Shown: positions 23,463 through 32,139, counted from the stretch's first letter. The stretch is DNA of 36,966 nt from an uncultured Lachnospiraceae bacterium (GCA_964445865.1 CAYULZ010000002.1:1-36966); one strand, 5' to 3'. The notes: generated from the letters alone by a model not told the origin. Numbers and translations: made by a program.

Positions 23463-23762
23463 ATGATCGACGAGCAACTGATGCTTTCGCTTTTAACGGG
23501 TGGCTCCTTGCTTTTCGGCATTCTTTCGGGTATTCTCGGTCTTCGGAAAAGCACGCGCAACGAGGCAGGGAAGCACGCTTCCGAAATGATGATGGTCATC
23601 GTCAAGCTTGAGGATATCAGTGTCGGCGTAACGGAGATCAAGGCCGATCTTTCGAACGTCAAGGGCGATATTCGTGACTTGACCGAGCGATTGATCGTCG
23701 CCGAACAGGCCATCAAGCAGGCACACCGCCGCTTAGATGAGCAGCAAAAGCACGAGCATTGA
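23463..23762 (+). CDS. Small membrane-anchored coiled-coil protein (99 aa)
   Basis: ATG 23463 lies 9 nt after GGAGG (Met43 of track ORF 23337-23762). N-terminal TM (LMLSLLTGGSLLFGILSGILGL), then heptad-like VTEIKADLSNVKGDIRDLTERLIVAEQAIKQAHRRLDEQ. Confidence 0.55.
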   Translation: MIDEQLMLSLLTGGSLLFGILSGILGLRKSTRNEAGKHASEMMMVIVKLEDISVGVTEIKADLSNVKGDIRDLTERLIVAEQAIKQAHRRLDEQQKHEH

Positions 23763-23767
23763 AAAAA

Positions 23768-23804
23768 GCGGCTGTTGCCAATGGCAACAGCCGCCCATTT
23801 TTTT
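23768..23804. terminator. Bidirectional intrinsic terminator
   Basis: AAAAAA-GCGGCTGTTGC-CAATG-GCAACAGCCGC-CCATTTTTTT lies between convergent genes. Confidence 0.85.
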
Positions 23805-24063
23805 ATTCCGCAGGCTTCTCACGGAACTGCTTGAGAGCCTGTGCAAGCTGGTCGGGGCAGGAGGTAGGCTTGAAGCCGCAACGAATGCCCGAAAGGCGTT
23901 CAATCGCCTCGTCGACTGTCATGCCGATCAGTAGGCGGGATACGCCCTGCGTATTGCCGGCGCAGCCTCCCTCAAATTTGACCTTGATGATCTTGTCGTC
24001 TTCAATATCCATCTCGATCTTACGGGAGCAGACCGACTTGGGAAGATACGTAATATGAGCCAT
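23803..24063 (-). CDS. TSCPD-domain protein (TIGR03905-like four-Cys family)
   Basis: 86 aa: ICSRKIEMDIEDDKIIKVKFEGGCAGNTQGVSRLLIGMTVDEAIERLSGIRCG.KPTSCPDQLAQAL is the characteristic pattern. GGAG SD. Confidence 0.8.
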   Translation of the reverse strand: MAHITYLPKSVCSRKIEMDIEDDKIIKVKFEGGCAGNTQGVSRLLIGMTVDEAIERLSGIRCGFKPTSCPDQLAQALKQFREKPAE

Positions 24064-24083
24064 GATAAACTCCTTTCTGTACG

Positions 24084-24947
24084 TTAAAGCGTATAAAAGC
24101 CGATGGGGGTGTAATTCGGATAGGACAGCGAGAGATATAGGCCGAACGCAGGGGCGTCGGCGGCAGAGAGACGGAAGGTAAAAAAGGCGCGATAAAAGCT
24201 GTGATCATACTCCAGAGGAAGAAAATCGATCTTTCCTACCGTAGCACCAAGCGCAGCTGAGGCAGTCAGAAGCTCGGAAAGACGACTTCCGTCCTCACGG
24301 GTGAGGGAGCATTCGAGGACGCAGGGCTGTGCCCTCGAAAGAGAACGCAGGGCAGAACGACCGACAAGCGCGTAACGGACACTTTCGGCGGTGTCGTTGC
24401 CTTCGATCTCGGCCGTGGCGCAGATCTTCAGCTCGTAGCGATCGATCATGGCGTAAAAGCCGAACAAACGGCCGTTTGTGCTGTTCTCAATGGGCAGAAT
24501 GCAATAACTGGCCTGCCCGTTGTATACGCTGTCACACGCCTCGGAAAAATCGGAAACATAAAGAGGCTTAGCGCCGATCAGTCGCTCGGAAAATTGCTCG
24601 TAGGCGCGTTCGTTATATCGGTTGCGTACGAATGCGATCTTGCCGTGCGCGCCTGCGGGCGGAAGCTCATTTTGCAAGAACAGCTCCTCGGGACGAAGCG
24701 CAGGATCCTTGGGGTGGAGACGGACGTACGAACGGCAAAACAGCGCTTTGGAAAGCTCGTTCGGGGCGTTCGCGGCGGCAAGAAAGGCAGAGAACAGCTC
24801 CTCGGCCGAGCCGGTGGCTTCACAGATCTCATCAGCAAGCATCGTGATGCAAAGTCTTTGTTGCTTCTCTACGATCGACGCACGCCGATCGGCTTCGGCG
24901 AGGTTGCTCTGCAGGCGCAGAAGAATATCCTTTTGTTCCACGGTCAA
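24084..24947 (-). CDS. Degenerate prephenate-dehydratase-like/ACT-like protein with N-terminal helical extension
   Basis: ILPIENSTNGRLFGFYAMIDRYELKICATAEIE matches the first PDT lobe. ESVRYALV occupies the N-x-TRF position. The C-terminus (GSRLSELLTASAALGATVGKIDFLP...YRAFFTF) is ACT-like. ATGA overlap with htpG. Confidence 0.65.
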   Translation of the reverse strand: MTVEQKDILLRLQSNLAEADRRASIVEKQQRLCITMLADEICEATGSAEELFSAFLAAANAPNELSKALFCRSYVRLHPKDPALRPEELFLQNELPPAGAHGKIAFVRNRYNERAYEQFSERLIGAKPLYVSDFSEACDSVYNGQASYCILPIENSTNGRLFGFYAMIDRYELKICATAEIEGNDTAESVRYALVGRSALRSLSRAQPCVLECSLTREDGSRLSELLTASAALGATVGKIDFLPLEYDHSFYRAFFTFRLSAADAPAFGLYLSLSYPNYTPIGFYTL

Positions 24948-26782
24948 AGCTGGAGAAGGAGATCAAAGCTGTCCTTCATGAAGCTTTGCATCTCGTCGGC
25001 GGAAAATTTCTTTTGAGAAAGCAGGGAAAGCTTGTAAAGATAGGAGGCCATGGCCGACGCCTTTGCGCGGTCGCTCTCGGCTACGTCACAGAGCTTCTGT
25101 AACAGCGGCGAGGATGTATTGAGTACGAGCGTGCTTTCGGTCGGGAAGGGCGTATCCGCACCCATGCTGTAAAAGCGCATCATTTCCTCCATGCGGCGTG
25201 CATCCTCGGAAACGTTAAGCACGGCAGGAACCGATTCGTCCTTCAGGGCATCGAAGCGCACCGTGACCTTGTCGCCAACGACCTCGGTAAAGACCGACTT
25301 GAGCGCTTCGCTTTCATTTACCGCGCCATCCCCCTTGAGTACTTCGGCAATGTCGGCGTCCACGCGAAGAAACTTCACGCCGTCCATGTACTGCTCGAGC
25401 ATCGTGGCAAACTGCGTGTCGATGGGCTTGTCAAAGAGCGCTACACGAATGCCCTCGGCCTCGAACATCGAAACGTACTGTGCCTGCAGGGCGCGATCGG
25501 TCGCGTAATATACGGTGTTTTCATGCTTTTCCTTGGCCTCGGTGAGATATTCCTCGTAGGTCTGCGTCGTACCGTCGGTCAGCGTCAGCAAAAGCGCGGA
25601 CTTGACGCGGTCGTAGAACTTGCGATCCTTCATGCATGCGTATTCGACGAAGGGTGCACAGTCGCTCCAGACCTTCGCGTAATCCTCACGGGCGGTGTTG
25701 CAAAGCGAGCAGAGCTTATCCGCCACCTTCTTGACGATGTGTGCGGATACCTTGGCGACGTAGGTGTTGGTCTGCAGATAACTGCGCGAAACGTTCAAGG
25801 GAAGCTCGGGGCAATCCAATACGCCCTTAAGCATCAGCAGGTACTCGGGAATGACCTCCTTAATGTTATCGGCTACATAGACCTGATTGTAGTACAGCTT
25901 GACCTGTCCCTCGATGCTCTCGTATTCGTTTGCGAGCTTGGGGAAGTAGAGGATACCCTTGAAATTCAAGGGGTAATCGGCGTTGATGTGAATGTGGAAC
26001 AACGGCTCACGGTAATCGGTAAAGACCTTGTGATAAAACTCGTTGTATTCCTCGGGCGTACACTCGGAGGGTGCCTTCTGCCAAAGAGGTCGGACGTCGT
26101 TGACGGGCTCGGCAGGCTTTTCTTCCTTGCCATCGCTCTCCTTGCCGTCGTCAAAATAAATCTCCACGGGCATAAAGGAGCAGTACTTTTCGAGCATGGC
26201 GCGGAGCTTCGAGGGGGAGAGATATTCCTTTTCGTCCTCGGAAATATGCAGAATGACATCGGTTCCGTGTCCGTCCTTTTCGTAAGCCTCGGCTTCATAT
26301 TCTCCGTTTTCATCACAAACCCAGTGTACGGCGGGCGCATCGGTATAGGAACGCGTGATGACCTCGACGCGGTCGCTGACCATGAAGGCCGAGTAAAAGC
26401 CGAGACCGAAATGGCCGATGATGCCGTTTTTCGAGCCGTCCGATTCGTTTTCATACTTTTGAATGAAGTCGACCGCGCCCGAGAGCGCGATGCTGCAAAT
26501 ATATTTCGTCAGCTCCTCCTCGGTCATGCCGATGCCATTGTCGCGAATGGTCAATGTCTCGGCATCGGCGTCGAGGATGACGTCGATGCGGTAGGTCTCT
26601 CCGCTCGCTTCACGCAGACCGAGCGATTCGAGACGCTTGAGCTTGGTGATGGCATCGGAGGCGTTGGATACGAGCTCGCGCAGAAAGATATCCTTCTCCG
26701 AATAGAGCCATTTTTTGATGATGGGGAATATATGCTCGGTATCGACCGAGATTCCGCCCTTTTTGATGTTTTCGTTGGCCAT
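24944..26782 (-). CDS. htpG: Molecular chaperone HtpG (Hsp90)
   Basis: IFPIIKKWLYSEKDIFLRELVSNASDA, IRDNGIGMT and GHFGLGFYSAFMV form the GHKL ATPase N-domain; 612 aa. Confidence 0.95.
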   Translation of the reverse strand: MANENIKKGGISVDTEHIFPIIKKWLYSEKDIFLRELVSNASDAITKLKRLESLGLREASGETYRIDVILDADAETLTIRDNGIGMTEEELTKYICSIALSGAVDFIQKYENESDGSKNGIIGHFGLGFYSAFMVSDRVEVITRSYTDAPAVHWVCDENGEYEAEAYEKDGHGTDVILHISEDEKEYLSPSKLRAMLEKYCSFMPVEIYFDDGKESDGKEEKPAEPVNDVRPLWQKAPSECTPEEYNEFYHKVFTDYREPLFHIHINADYPLNFKGILYFPKLANEYESIEGQVKLYYNQVYVADNIKEVIPEYLLMLKGVLDCPELPLNVSRSYLQTNTYVAKVSAHIVKKVADKLCSLCNTAREDYAKVWSDCAPFVEYACMKDRKFYDRVKSALLLTLTDGTTQTYEEYLTEAKEKHENTVYYATDRALQAQYVSMFEAEGIRVALFDKPIDTQFATMLEQYMDGVKFLRVDADIAEVLKGDGAVNESEALKSVFTEVVGDKVTVRFDALKDESVPAVLNVSEDARRMEEMMRFYSMGADTPFPTESTLVLNTSSPLLQKLCDVAESDRAKASAMASYLYKLSLLSQKKFSADEMQSFMKDSFDLLLQL

Positions 26783-26784
26783 GA

Positions 26785-28149
26785 TTATTCTTCCTTATCG
26801 TTGGGAGTGGTTGTATTTTCGGGAGCGGCTTCGGGAGACGGTTCGTCGGTCGACGGCGACTCCTGCGCACCCTTCTTTTTGAATATGCGGTGGAACAGAT
26901 GGGAGATCCTTTCAAGCAGATGCTTGACGGATCGGACGATTCTTGCGGTAAACCGTTCGTGGTGCTCGTGAGGATCGACCATAGAATCGTAGGTGTAATA
27001 ATTGGCGGTTTCCGTAGGTAGCTCGGCCTTTTTGAGACGGGAATCGATCAGCTCCTTGCCGATGGAAACGATCATGGAAAAGAGCGGAACGCCGATGATC
27101 ATACCCGCGAGCCCGAAATACGCACCCATAATGGTGATAGCAATGATCACGCCGAGCGAGCTGAGCTTGGTGGAGTTTCCGAGGATTTTCGGGGCAATGA
27201 CGTTGCCGTCGATCTGCTGAATGATCAGGATCAACGCAAGGAAAATGAATGCCTTTTTCGGATCGGCGAGAAAAACCAGCAAAAACGAGGGAATGCCGCC
27301 AATGAAGGGACCGAAAATCGGTATGATATTGGTAATACCGATGATTACGGAAATAAACAGTGCGTGAGGAATACCGAAGATGAGGAATACGAACAAGCAA
27401 AGCGTCATGACGATGCAGGCATCCACGAGAACGCCGATGAAATAGTCACCGAAGGTGTGGTTCGCCAAGCGCAGATAGCGGCGAAGCGTGAGCCTTGCCT
27501 TGCCGGGAAGCAGAGCGGTTGTAAGCTTGCGGAATTGCGCGCCTATGCGCTCCTTGGAGATGAGCATATAGATGGCAATGAAGATGGCGAGGATAAAGTT
27601 TTTAATTCCGACGACCAGCTCCATACCGATCGTTTTGATATAGCCGATAATAGTTTCAAATAGGCTGCCCGAGGCCGAGAAGGCTTCCGTGATCGCACCG
27701 ATGAGCGCATCTTCATGAACGTACTGTCGGAATTCCTCCTGTGAAGCAAAGCGATTGATGAGCTTGTTGATCCAATCGGTGGCAGTGGCCAGATATTCGT
27801 CCATTTTTCCAACGAGCGTAGCGATACTCTGGATCAGAGAGGGAATGAGTAGGTAGATAAAGAAAACGATGGCCAGAAGCGCCGTGAAAAAGGTCATGAA
27901 CAGAGAGAGGCCGCGACATACGCTTTTCTTTTGGATCTTTTTGAAAACCTTGTATTCATACATTTTCAACAGCGGATTGAGCATATAGGCGATGGCCGCA
28001 CCGATGAGAATGGGGGAGATCACCGAAAGGATCGCACCGAAGAAGGACGCGATCGCTCCAATATTGACGATGGCAAACAGAACGACGAAGGTCACACAGC
28101 ATGCGATTAGAATGCGTCCGCTCTTTTTCTTATTGTCGGGATTGAACAT
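26785..28149 (-). CDS. AI-2E family transporter (PerM/UPF0118 permease)
   Basis: Multi-TM protein with IPIFGPFIGGIPSFLLV and QQIDGNVIAPKILG motifs. ATG 28149 (Met28 of the track ORF) lies 8 nt after GAGGAG. The stop is 2 nt before the htpG start. Confidence 0.85.
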   Translation of the reverse strand: MFNPDNKKKSGRILIACCVTFVVLFAIVNIGAIASFFGAILSVISPILIGAAIAYMLNPLLKMYEYKVFKKIQKKSVCRGLSLFMTFFTALLAIVFFIYLLIPSLIQSIATLVGKMDEYLATATDWINKLINRFASQEEFRQYVHEDALIGAITEAFSASGSLFETIIGYIKTIGMELVVGIKNFILAIFIAIYMLISKERIGAQFRKLTTALLPGKARLTLRRYLRLANHTFGDYFIGVLVDACIVMTLCLFVFLIFGIPHALFISVIIGITNIIPIFGPFIGGIPSFLLVFLADPKKAFIFLALILIIQQIDGNVIAPKILGNSTKLSSLGVIIAITIMGAYFGLAGMIIGVPLFSMIVSIGKELIDSRLKKAELPTETANYYTYDSMVDPHEHHERFTARIVRSVKHLLERISHLFHRIFKKKGAQESPSTDEPSPEAAPENTTTPNDKEE

Positions 28150-28178
28150 AAAACCGTACTCCTCTGAATGATGGACTG

Positions 28179-28197
28179 ATATCTGACAAACAGATAT
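28179..28197. promoter_or_regulatory. 7-bp inverted repeat at the predicted start site of the AI-2E/htpG operon
   Basis: ATATCTG-ACAAA-CAGATAT lies immediately downstream (on the minus strand) of the -10 at 28202-28207. Confidence 0.35.
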
Positions 28198-28201
28198 TAT
28201 T

Positions 28202-28230
28202 ATTTTATATTTTTTTGCCTCATAAGTCAA
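28202..28230 (-). promoter_or_regulatory. Sigma-A promoter of the AI-2E-htpG operon
   Basis: The minus strand reads TTGACT (28230-28225), 17-nt spacer, TAAAAT (28207-28202). Confidence 0.5.
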
Positions 28231-28245
28231 GGGAAAACCGCAAAA

Positions 28246-28280
28246 TTTACAGATTCAAAATAAATATGATAATATTTATT
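28246..28280 (+). promoter_or_regulatory. Candidate ispE promoter overlapped by a 9-bp AT palindrome
   Basis: TTTACA (28246-28251), 18-nt spacer, TGaTAATAT (-10 at 28270-28275). The palindrome AATAAATAT-GATA-ATATTTATT (28259-28280) covers the -10. Confidence 0.4.
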
Positions 28281-28353
28281 GAAAAAATATTGATTTTATG
28301 GTATCCTTAAAGGGAAGACCTCCCCAAAGAGGGAAAAGGAAGGGAGACCGAAC

Positions 28354-29235
28354 ATGGAGTCCATGATCGCGCTTGGATACGCAAAAATCAATTTGCATTT
28401 GGATATTACGGGACGGAGAGATGATGGCTATCATAATGTCGAGACCGTCATGCAGAGCATTTCGCTTGCCGATACCGTCACGGTTTCTGCCTGTGAGGAT
28501 CAAGAAATTACCGTATGCTGCGACAAGCTAGGGGTACCGACCGGGGACCGCAATCTTGCCGTTCGCGCAGCACGGCTTTATATGGAGAGCGTTGGTGTCC
28601 GTCGCGGCTTGCATATTGACATACAGAAGAACATTCCCCTGGCGGCAGGCATGGCGGGCGGAAGTGCCGACGCTGCAGCCGTTTTGCGTGCGGTTAACCG
28701 CCTTTGCGGCGAGCCGCTCGACCGCGAGGCGCTTTGTACGATTGGTGCGCGTCTCGGTGCGGACGTGCCGTTTTGTATCGTGGGGGGAAGCTCCTATGCC
28801 GACGGACGCGGCGATTGTCTGCACGAATTTCCGTCCATGCCCGACTGCTATCTTGTGGCCGCCTGCGGCGGAGAGGGCGTTTCCACGCCTTGGGCCTACG
28901 GCCTGATCGACCGCACCTATTCGAATTTTGACGGCACCTGTTATACACCTCATACGACGGATGCGCTTCGCCATGCCGTGCAGGAGGGCGACCTTCGCGC
29001 GCTTGCCGCGAGGATGTATAACGTCTTTGAAGCACCGATCCTTGCCGAGCGTCCCGTGGCGGCGTCGATTCGTCAAGCGATGCTTTCGGGCGGTGCACTC
29101 GGTGCGATGATGAGCGGCAGCGGTCCGTCGGTCTTCGGCATCTTTGATGACGAGGCGCGCGCGACGGCCGTGACGGAAACACTTGTCGAAAGGGGATATT
29201 TTGCCGCCGTTTGTCGTCCTGTGGCGAGCGTGTGA
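28354..29235 (+). CDS. ispE: 4-diphosphocytidyl-2-C-methyl-D-erythritol kinase
   Basis: AKINLHLDITGRRDDGYHNVETVMQSI and the GHMP kinase motif PLAAGMAGGSADAAA. Confidence 0.9.
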   Translation: MESMIALGYAKINLHLDITGRRDDGYHNVETVMQSISLADTVTVSACEDQEITVCCDKLGVPTGDRNLAVRAARLYMESVGVRRGLHIDIQKNIPLAAGMAGGSADAAAVLRAVNRLCGEPLDREALCTIGARLGADVPFCIVGGSSYADGRGDCLHEFPSMPDCYLVAACGGEGVSTPWAYGLIDRTYSNFDGTCYTPHTTDALRHAVQEGDLRALAARMYNVFEAPILAERPVAASIRQAMLSGGALGAMMSGSGPSVFGIFDDEARATAVTETLVERGYFAAVCRPVASV

Positions 29236-29286
29236 CCCGCGTAACAAAAAAATCAAAAAAAGACGGGGGAAAACCGAGAAATATCG

Positions 29287-29316
29287 TTGACAAAGGACGG
29301 CTTTTGATGGTATAAT
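29287..29316 (+). promoter_or_regulatory. Sigma-A promoter of the Dlt-like envelope-modification operon
   Basis: TTGACA (29287-29292), 18-nt spacer, TGgTATAAT (TATAAT 29311-29316). Confidence 0.65.
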
Positions 29317-29362
29317 TAAATGCGTGTTTTTTCTGCCTCTCAAAGAGAGAAAAAACAAATTT

Positions 29363-30361
29363 ATGAGTACGAACGGAGGACAAGCCGTGTCATATAAATC
29401 GGATATGCAAGCGTATACTGCCGACCTGAATCGGCGCAAAAAAATGATGTTTACGGCCGTTAAGATCACGGCCGCTGTGCTCGCACTTTTGCTGATTGCA
29501 ACGACGGTGCTGGTGATCGTGGACGTGGCAAGCGGCAACGTCGGTGAACGCACGGAAACGGGTGACAGCTCATCGTCCTTGATCAAGCCGGCCAACGGCA
29601 AGAGCGTGACGGTCTATACGGGCGATACGGTTGCTTATCGGACTCTGGTGGAGTTCCCGAGCGGCTATGAGCTCGAATACGAGTCAAACGCTGATCTCTC
29701 CAAGGCGGGCAAATATAGCGTGAGCTATAAGCTCCTCAAGGACGGCAAGGTGGTCGACACCTATAAGCTGACGCTGATCGTCGAGGAGCGCGACGTCGAG
29801 ATGGAGACCCTAATGGCACTCGTCGAAAAGAAGGCCGCCGCGCTCGGCATCACCAAGGAGATGTCGAAGGTCGAGCAGGTGCGCAAGATTTATGATTTTG
29901 TTAACTCTCCGAGCAAGGGGAAAAACGATGCGAATATTTATTTTAACGATCAGTCCAATACCGGCTCCGACCGCACCGATTGGGAGACCAAATGGGTCGA
30001 GGAGGCTACGCTGACGCTTCGCGATATGAAGGGAGACTGCTATTCCTATTACGCGGTATCCAAGGCTTTCTTTGAATATTTTGGTATTGAGAACATCGGT
30101 ATTCAGCGCGGTGTGAAATCGGGACTCGATATTGACGGCACGCATTTCTGGAGCATCGTTAACGTGGGAACCGAGAAGGAGCCGAAGTGGTATTACTATG
30201 ACTCTACCCGTTTGGCCAATACCTTTTCCGACGGTACACGAAACGCCTGTCTCATTACGCTCGAAAAGCTTCAGAGCTACGTGACCACGGCCAATCAATA
30301 CGACTTCTACTATTTCGATCCGTCCAAATACCCGACGGCCGAAACGACGCCGCTGTCGTAA
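29363..30361 (+). CDS. Membrane-anchored extracellular transglutaminase-like cysteine protease-fold protein
   Basis: N-terminal TM (VKITAAVLALLLIATTVLVIV), a beta-rich Ig-like segment, then a Cys-His-Asp core (MKGDCYSYYAV ... GTHFWSIVNV ... WYYYDSTR). The start is ambiguous: ATG 29363 has no SD, whereas GTG 29387 lies 6 nt after GGAGGA. Confidence 0.75.
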   Translation: MSTNGGQAVSYKSDMQAYTADLNRRKKMMFTAVKITAAVLALLLIATTVLVIVDVASGNVGERTETGDSSSSLIKPANGKSVTVYTGDTVAYRTLVEFPSGYELEYESNADLSKAGKYSVSYKLLKDGKVVDTYKLTLIVEERDVEMETLMALVEKKAAALGITKEMSKVEQVRKIYDFVNSPSKGKNDANIYFNDQSNTGSDRTDWETKWVEEATLTLRDMKGDCYSYYAVSKAFFEYFGIENIGIQRGVKSGLDIDGTHFWSIVNVGTEKEPKWYYYDSTRLANTFSDGTRNACLITLEKLQSYVTTANQYDFYYFDPSKYPTAETTPLS

Positions 30362-30370
30362 GAGGGAATC

Positions 30371-31870
30371 ATGCGAAAGAATATTTTACAGTACTTGGAA
30401 ACGACGGCCGCGCGCCTGCCCGATAAGCTCGCCTTCTCAACAGGGAAGGAGGGCATGACCTTCTCGGAGGTTCTTGCAGGGGCACGCGCCATCGGCTCGT
30501 ATCTTGCCGAAAACGGCTATTACCGTGAGCCGGTCGTGATCTTTATGGACAAGCATCCGCACACCGTGACGGCCTTTTTCGGCGCGATCATGGCGGGCTG
30601 CTTCTACGTTTGCATCGACGAAAAAATGCCGCATACGCGCATCGAGGCCATCTTTGATAGCCTTAAGCCACGCGTGCTGATCGCGGATAAAAAGAATATG
30701 GCCGTAGCCGAAACACTGGGTGTCGAGCGTGTCTGCCTTTACGACGACGTGGCAAGCACCGAGGTCGACGACGCGCGCCTTGCCGAGGTTCGTCGCCATC
30801 AGTGTGATACCGACGCGATCTACGTGGTTTTTACCTCGGGCTCGACGGGCATCCCGAAGGGCGTGGTGGCTTGCCACCGCTCGGTCATCGATTATACCGA
30901 GTCGCTCTGCGAGGCGATCGGCTTCTCGGAGGAGACGGTGTTTGCCAATCAGACGCCCCTCTATTTCGATGCCCCCTTAAAGGAGATCATGCCGACGCTC
31001 AAGCTCGGCGCGACGACCTATTTCGTTCCCAAAATGCTCTTTTCCTTTCCCGTGCGCCTGCTCGATTACCTCGACGAGCATCGCATCAATACGGTCTGCT
31101 GGGTGGTTTCCGCCCTCGTGCAGATCTCATCGCTAGGCGCGCTGGAGAAGAGAAGTCCCAAAACGCTTACCACCGTTTGCTTCGGTAGTGAAGTCTTTCC
31201 GCGCAAGCAGTACGATCTGTGGCGCGCGGCTCTGCCCGATGCGAAATTCTTCAATCTCTACGGTCCGACCGAGGCCACGGGCATGTCCTGCTATTGGGCG
31301 GCCACGCGTGCCCTTGACGAAAACGAGCCGATTCCCGTCGGCCGTCCCTTCGACAATACCGACATTCTGTTGCTCGACGACGAAAACCGTCTTTCGCAGG
31401 AGGGCGAGATCTGCATTCGCGGCACCTGCCTGACGATGGGATACTATAACAATCCCGAAAAGACCGACGAGGTCTTTGTGCAAAATCCGCTTTGTACGGC
31501 CTATCCCGAGCGTATTTACCGTACGGGTGACATCGGCCGTATCAACGCGCATGGCGAGCTTGTGTTCATCTCGCGCAAGGATTCGCAGATCAAGCATATG
31601 GGGCATCGCATCGAGCTCGGTGAGATCGACGCGGCGGCACAGAAGCATGTCGACGTGCGTCGCACGGCCTGCGTCTATGACGATACGCATAAGCGCATCG
31701 CGCTCTTTTACGTCGGCGATGTGGAGGAGGGAGCACTCTCGTCCTTCCTCGCTACCTATTTGCCTCGCTACATGATGCCCGCACTCGTCGTGCGTCTCCC
31801 CGCCATTCCCCTGACCGACAACGGCAAGACCGATCGCCGCACGCTCCGCGAGCAGGCTACGGCTCTTTGA
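30371..31870 (+). CDS. Carrier-protein ligase of the ANL adenylating superfamily (DltA-like)
   Basis: Adenylation core motifs VVFTSGSTGIPKG (A3), LYFDAPL (A4, with Asp), NLYGPTEAT (A5), YRTGD (A7), GRKDSQIKHMGHRIELGEI-type (A8), PLTDNGKTDRR (A10). 499 aa, a stand-alone A domain like DltA. Confidence 0.85.
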   Translation: MRKNILQYLETTAARLPDKLAFSTGKEGMTFSEVLAGARAIGSYLAENGYYREPVVIFMDKHPHTVTAFFGAIMAGCFYVCIDEKMPHTRIEAIFDSLKPRVLIADKKNMAVAETLGVERVCLYDDVASTEVDDARLAEVRRHQCDTDAIYVVFTSGSTGIPKGVVACHRSVIDYTESLCEAIGFSEETVFANQTPLYFDAPLKEIMPTLKLGATTYFVPKMLFSFPVRLLDYLDEHRINTVCWVVSALVQISSLGALEKRSPKTLTTVCFGSEVFPRKQYDLWRAALPDAKFFNLYGPTEATGMSCYWAATRALDENEPIPVGRPFDNTDILLLDDENRLSQEGEICIRGTCLTMGYYNNPEKTDEVFVQNPLCTAYPERIYRTGDIGRINAHGELVFISRKDSQIKHMGHRIELGEIDAAAQKHVDVRRTACVYDDTHKRIALFYVGDVEEGALSSFLATYLPRYMMPALVVRLPAIPLTDNGKTDRRTLREQATAL

Positions 31871-31899
31871 TTATTATTACGGAAAGAAAGGATCAAGCC

Positions 31900-32127
31900 A
31901 TGGATCAGTTGATTGAAATTCTTACCTCCTTACACCCCGACGTGGATTTTCGCACGGCGACCGACCTCGTCGACGAGGGCATTCTCGACTCGCTCGACAT
32001 CGTGACGCTCGTGACTGAGATCGACGCCGCGTTTGACGTGACGGTTCCCGCTGAGGAAATCGTTCCTGAAAACTTTAATTCCGCCGAGGCGCTGATGGCA
32101 TTGATTGCGCGTCTCGACGAGGTCTGA
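31900..32127 (+). CDS. Acyl/peptidyl carrier protein (DltC-like)
   Basis: 75 aa with GILDSLDIVTLVTEID, a phosphopantetheine Ser in a DSL motif. AAAGGA lies upstream of ATG 31900 (Met12 of the track ORF). Confidence 0.8.
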   Translation: MDQLIEILTSLHPDVDFRTATDLVDEGILDSLDIVTLVTEIDAAFDVTVPAEEIVPENFNSAEALMALIARLDEV

Positions 32128-32139
32128 TCGGATAGAACG

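Noticed and set aside
28225-28245. AGTCAAGGGAAAACC examined as a CtsR box upstream of the htpG operon.
   Set aside because: The required direct repeat of GGTCAAA heptads is not present.
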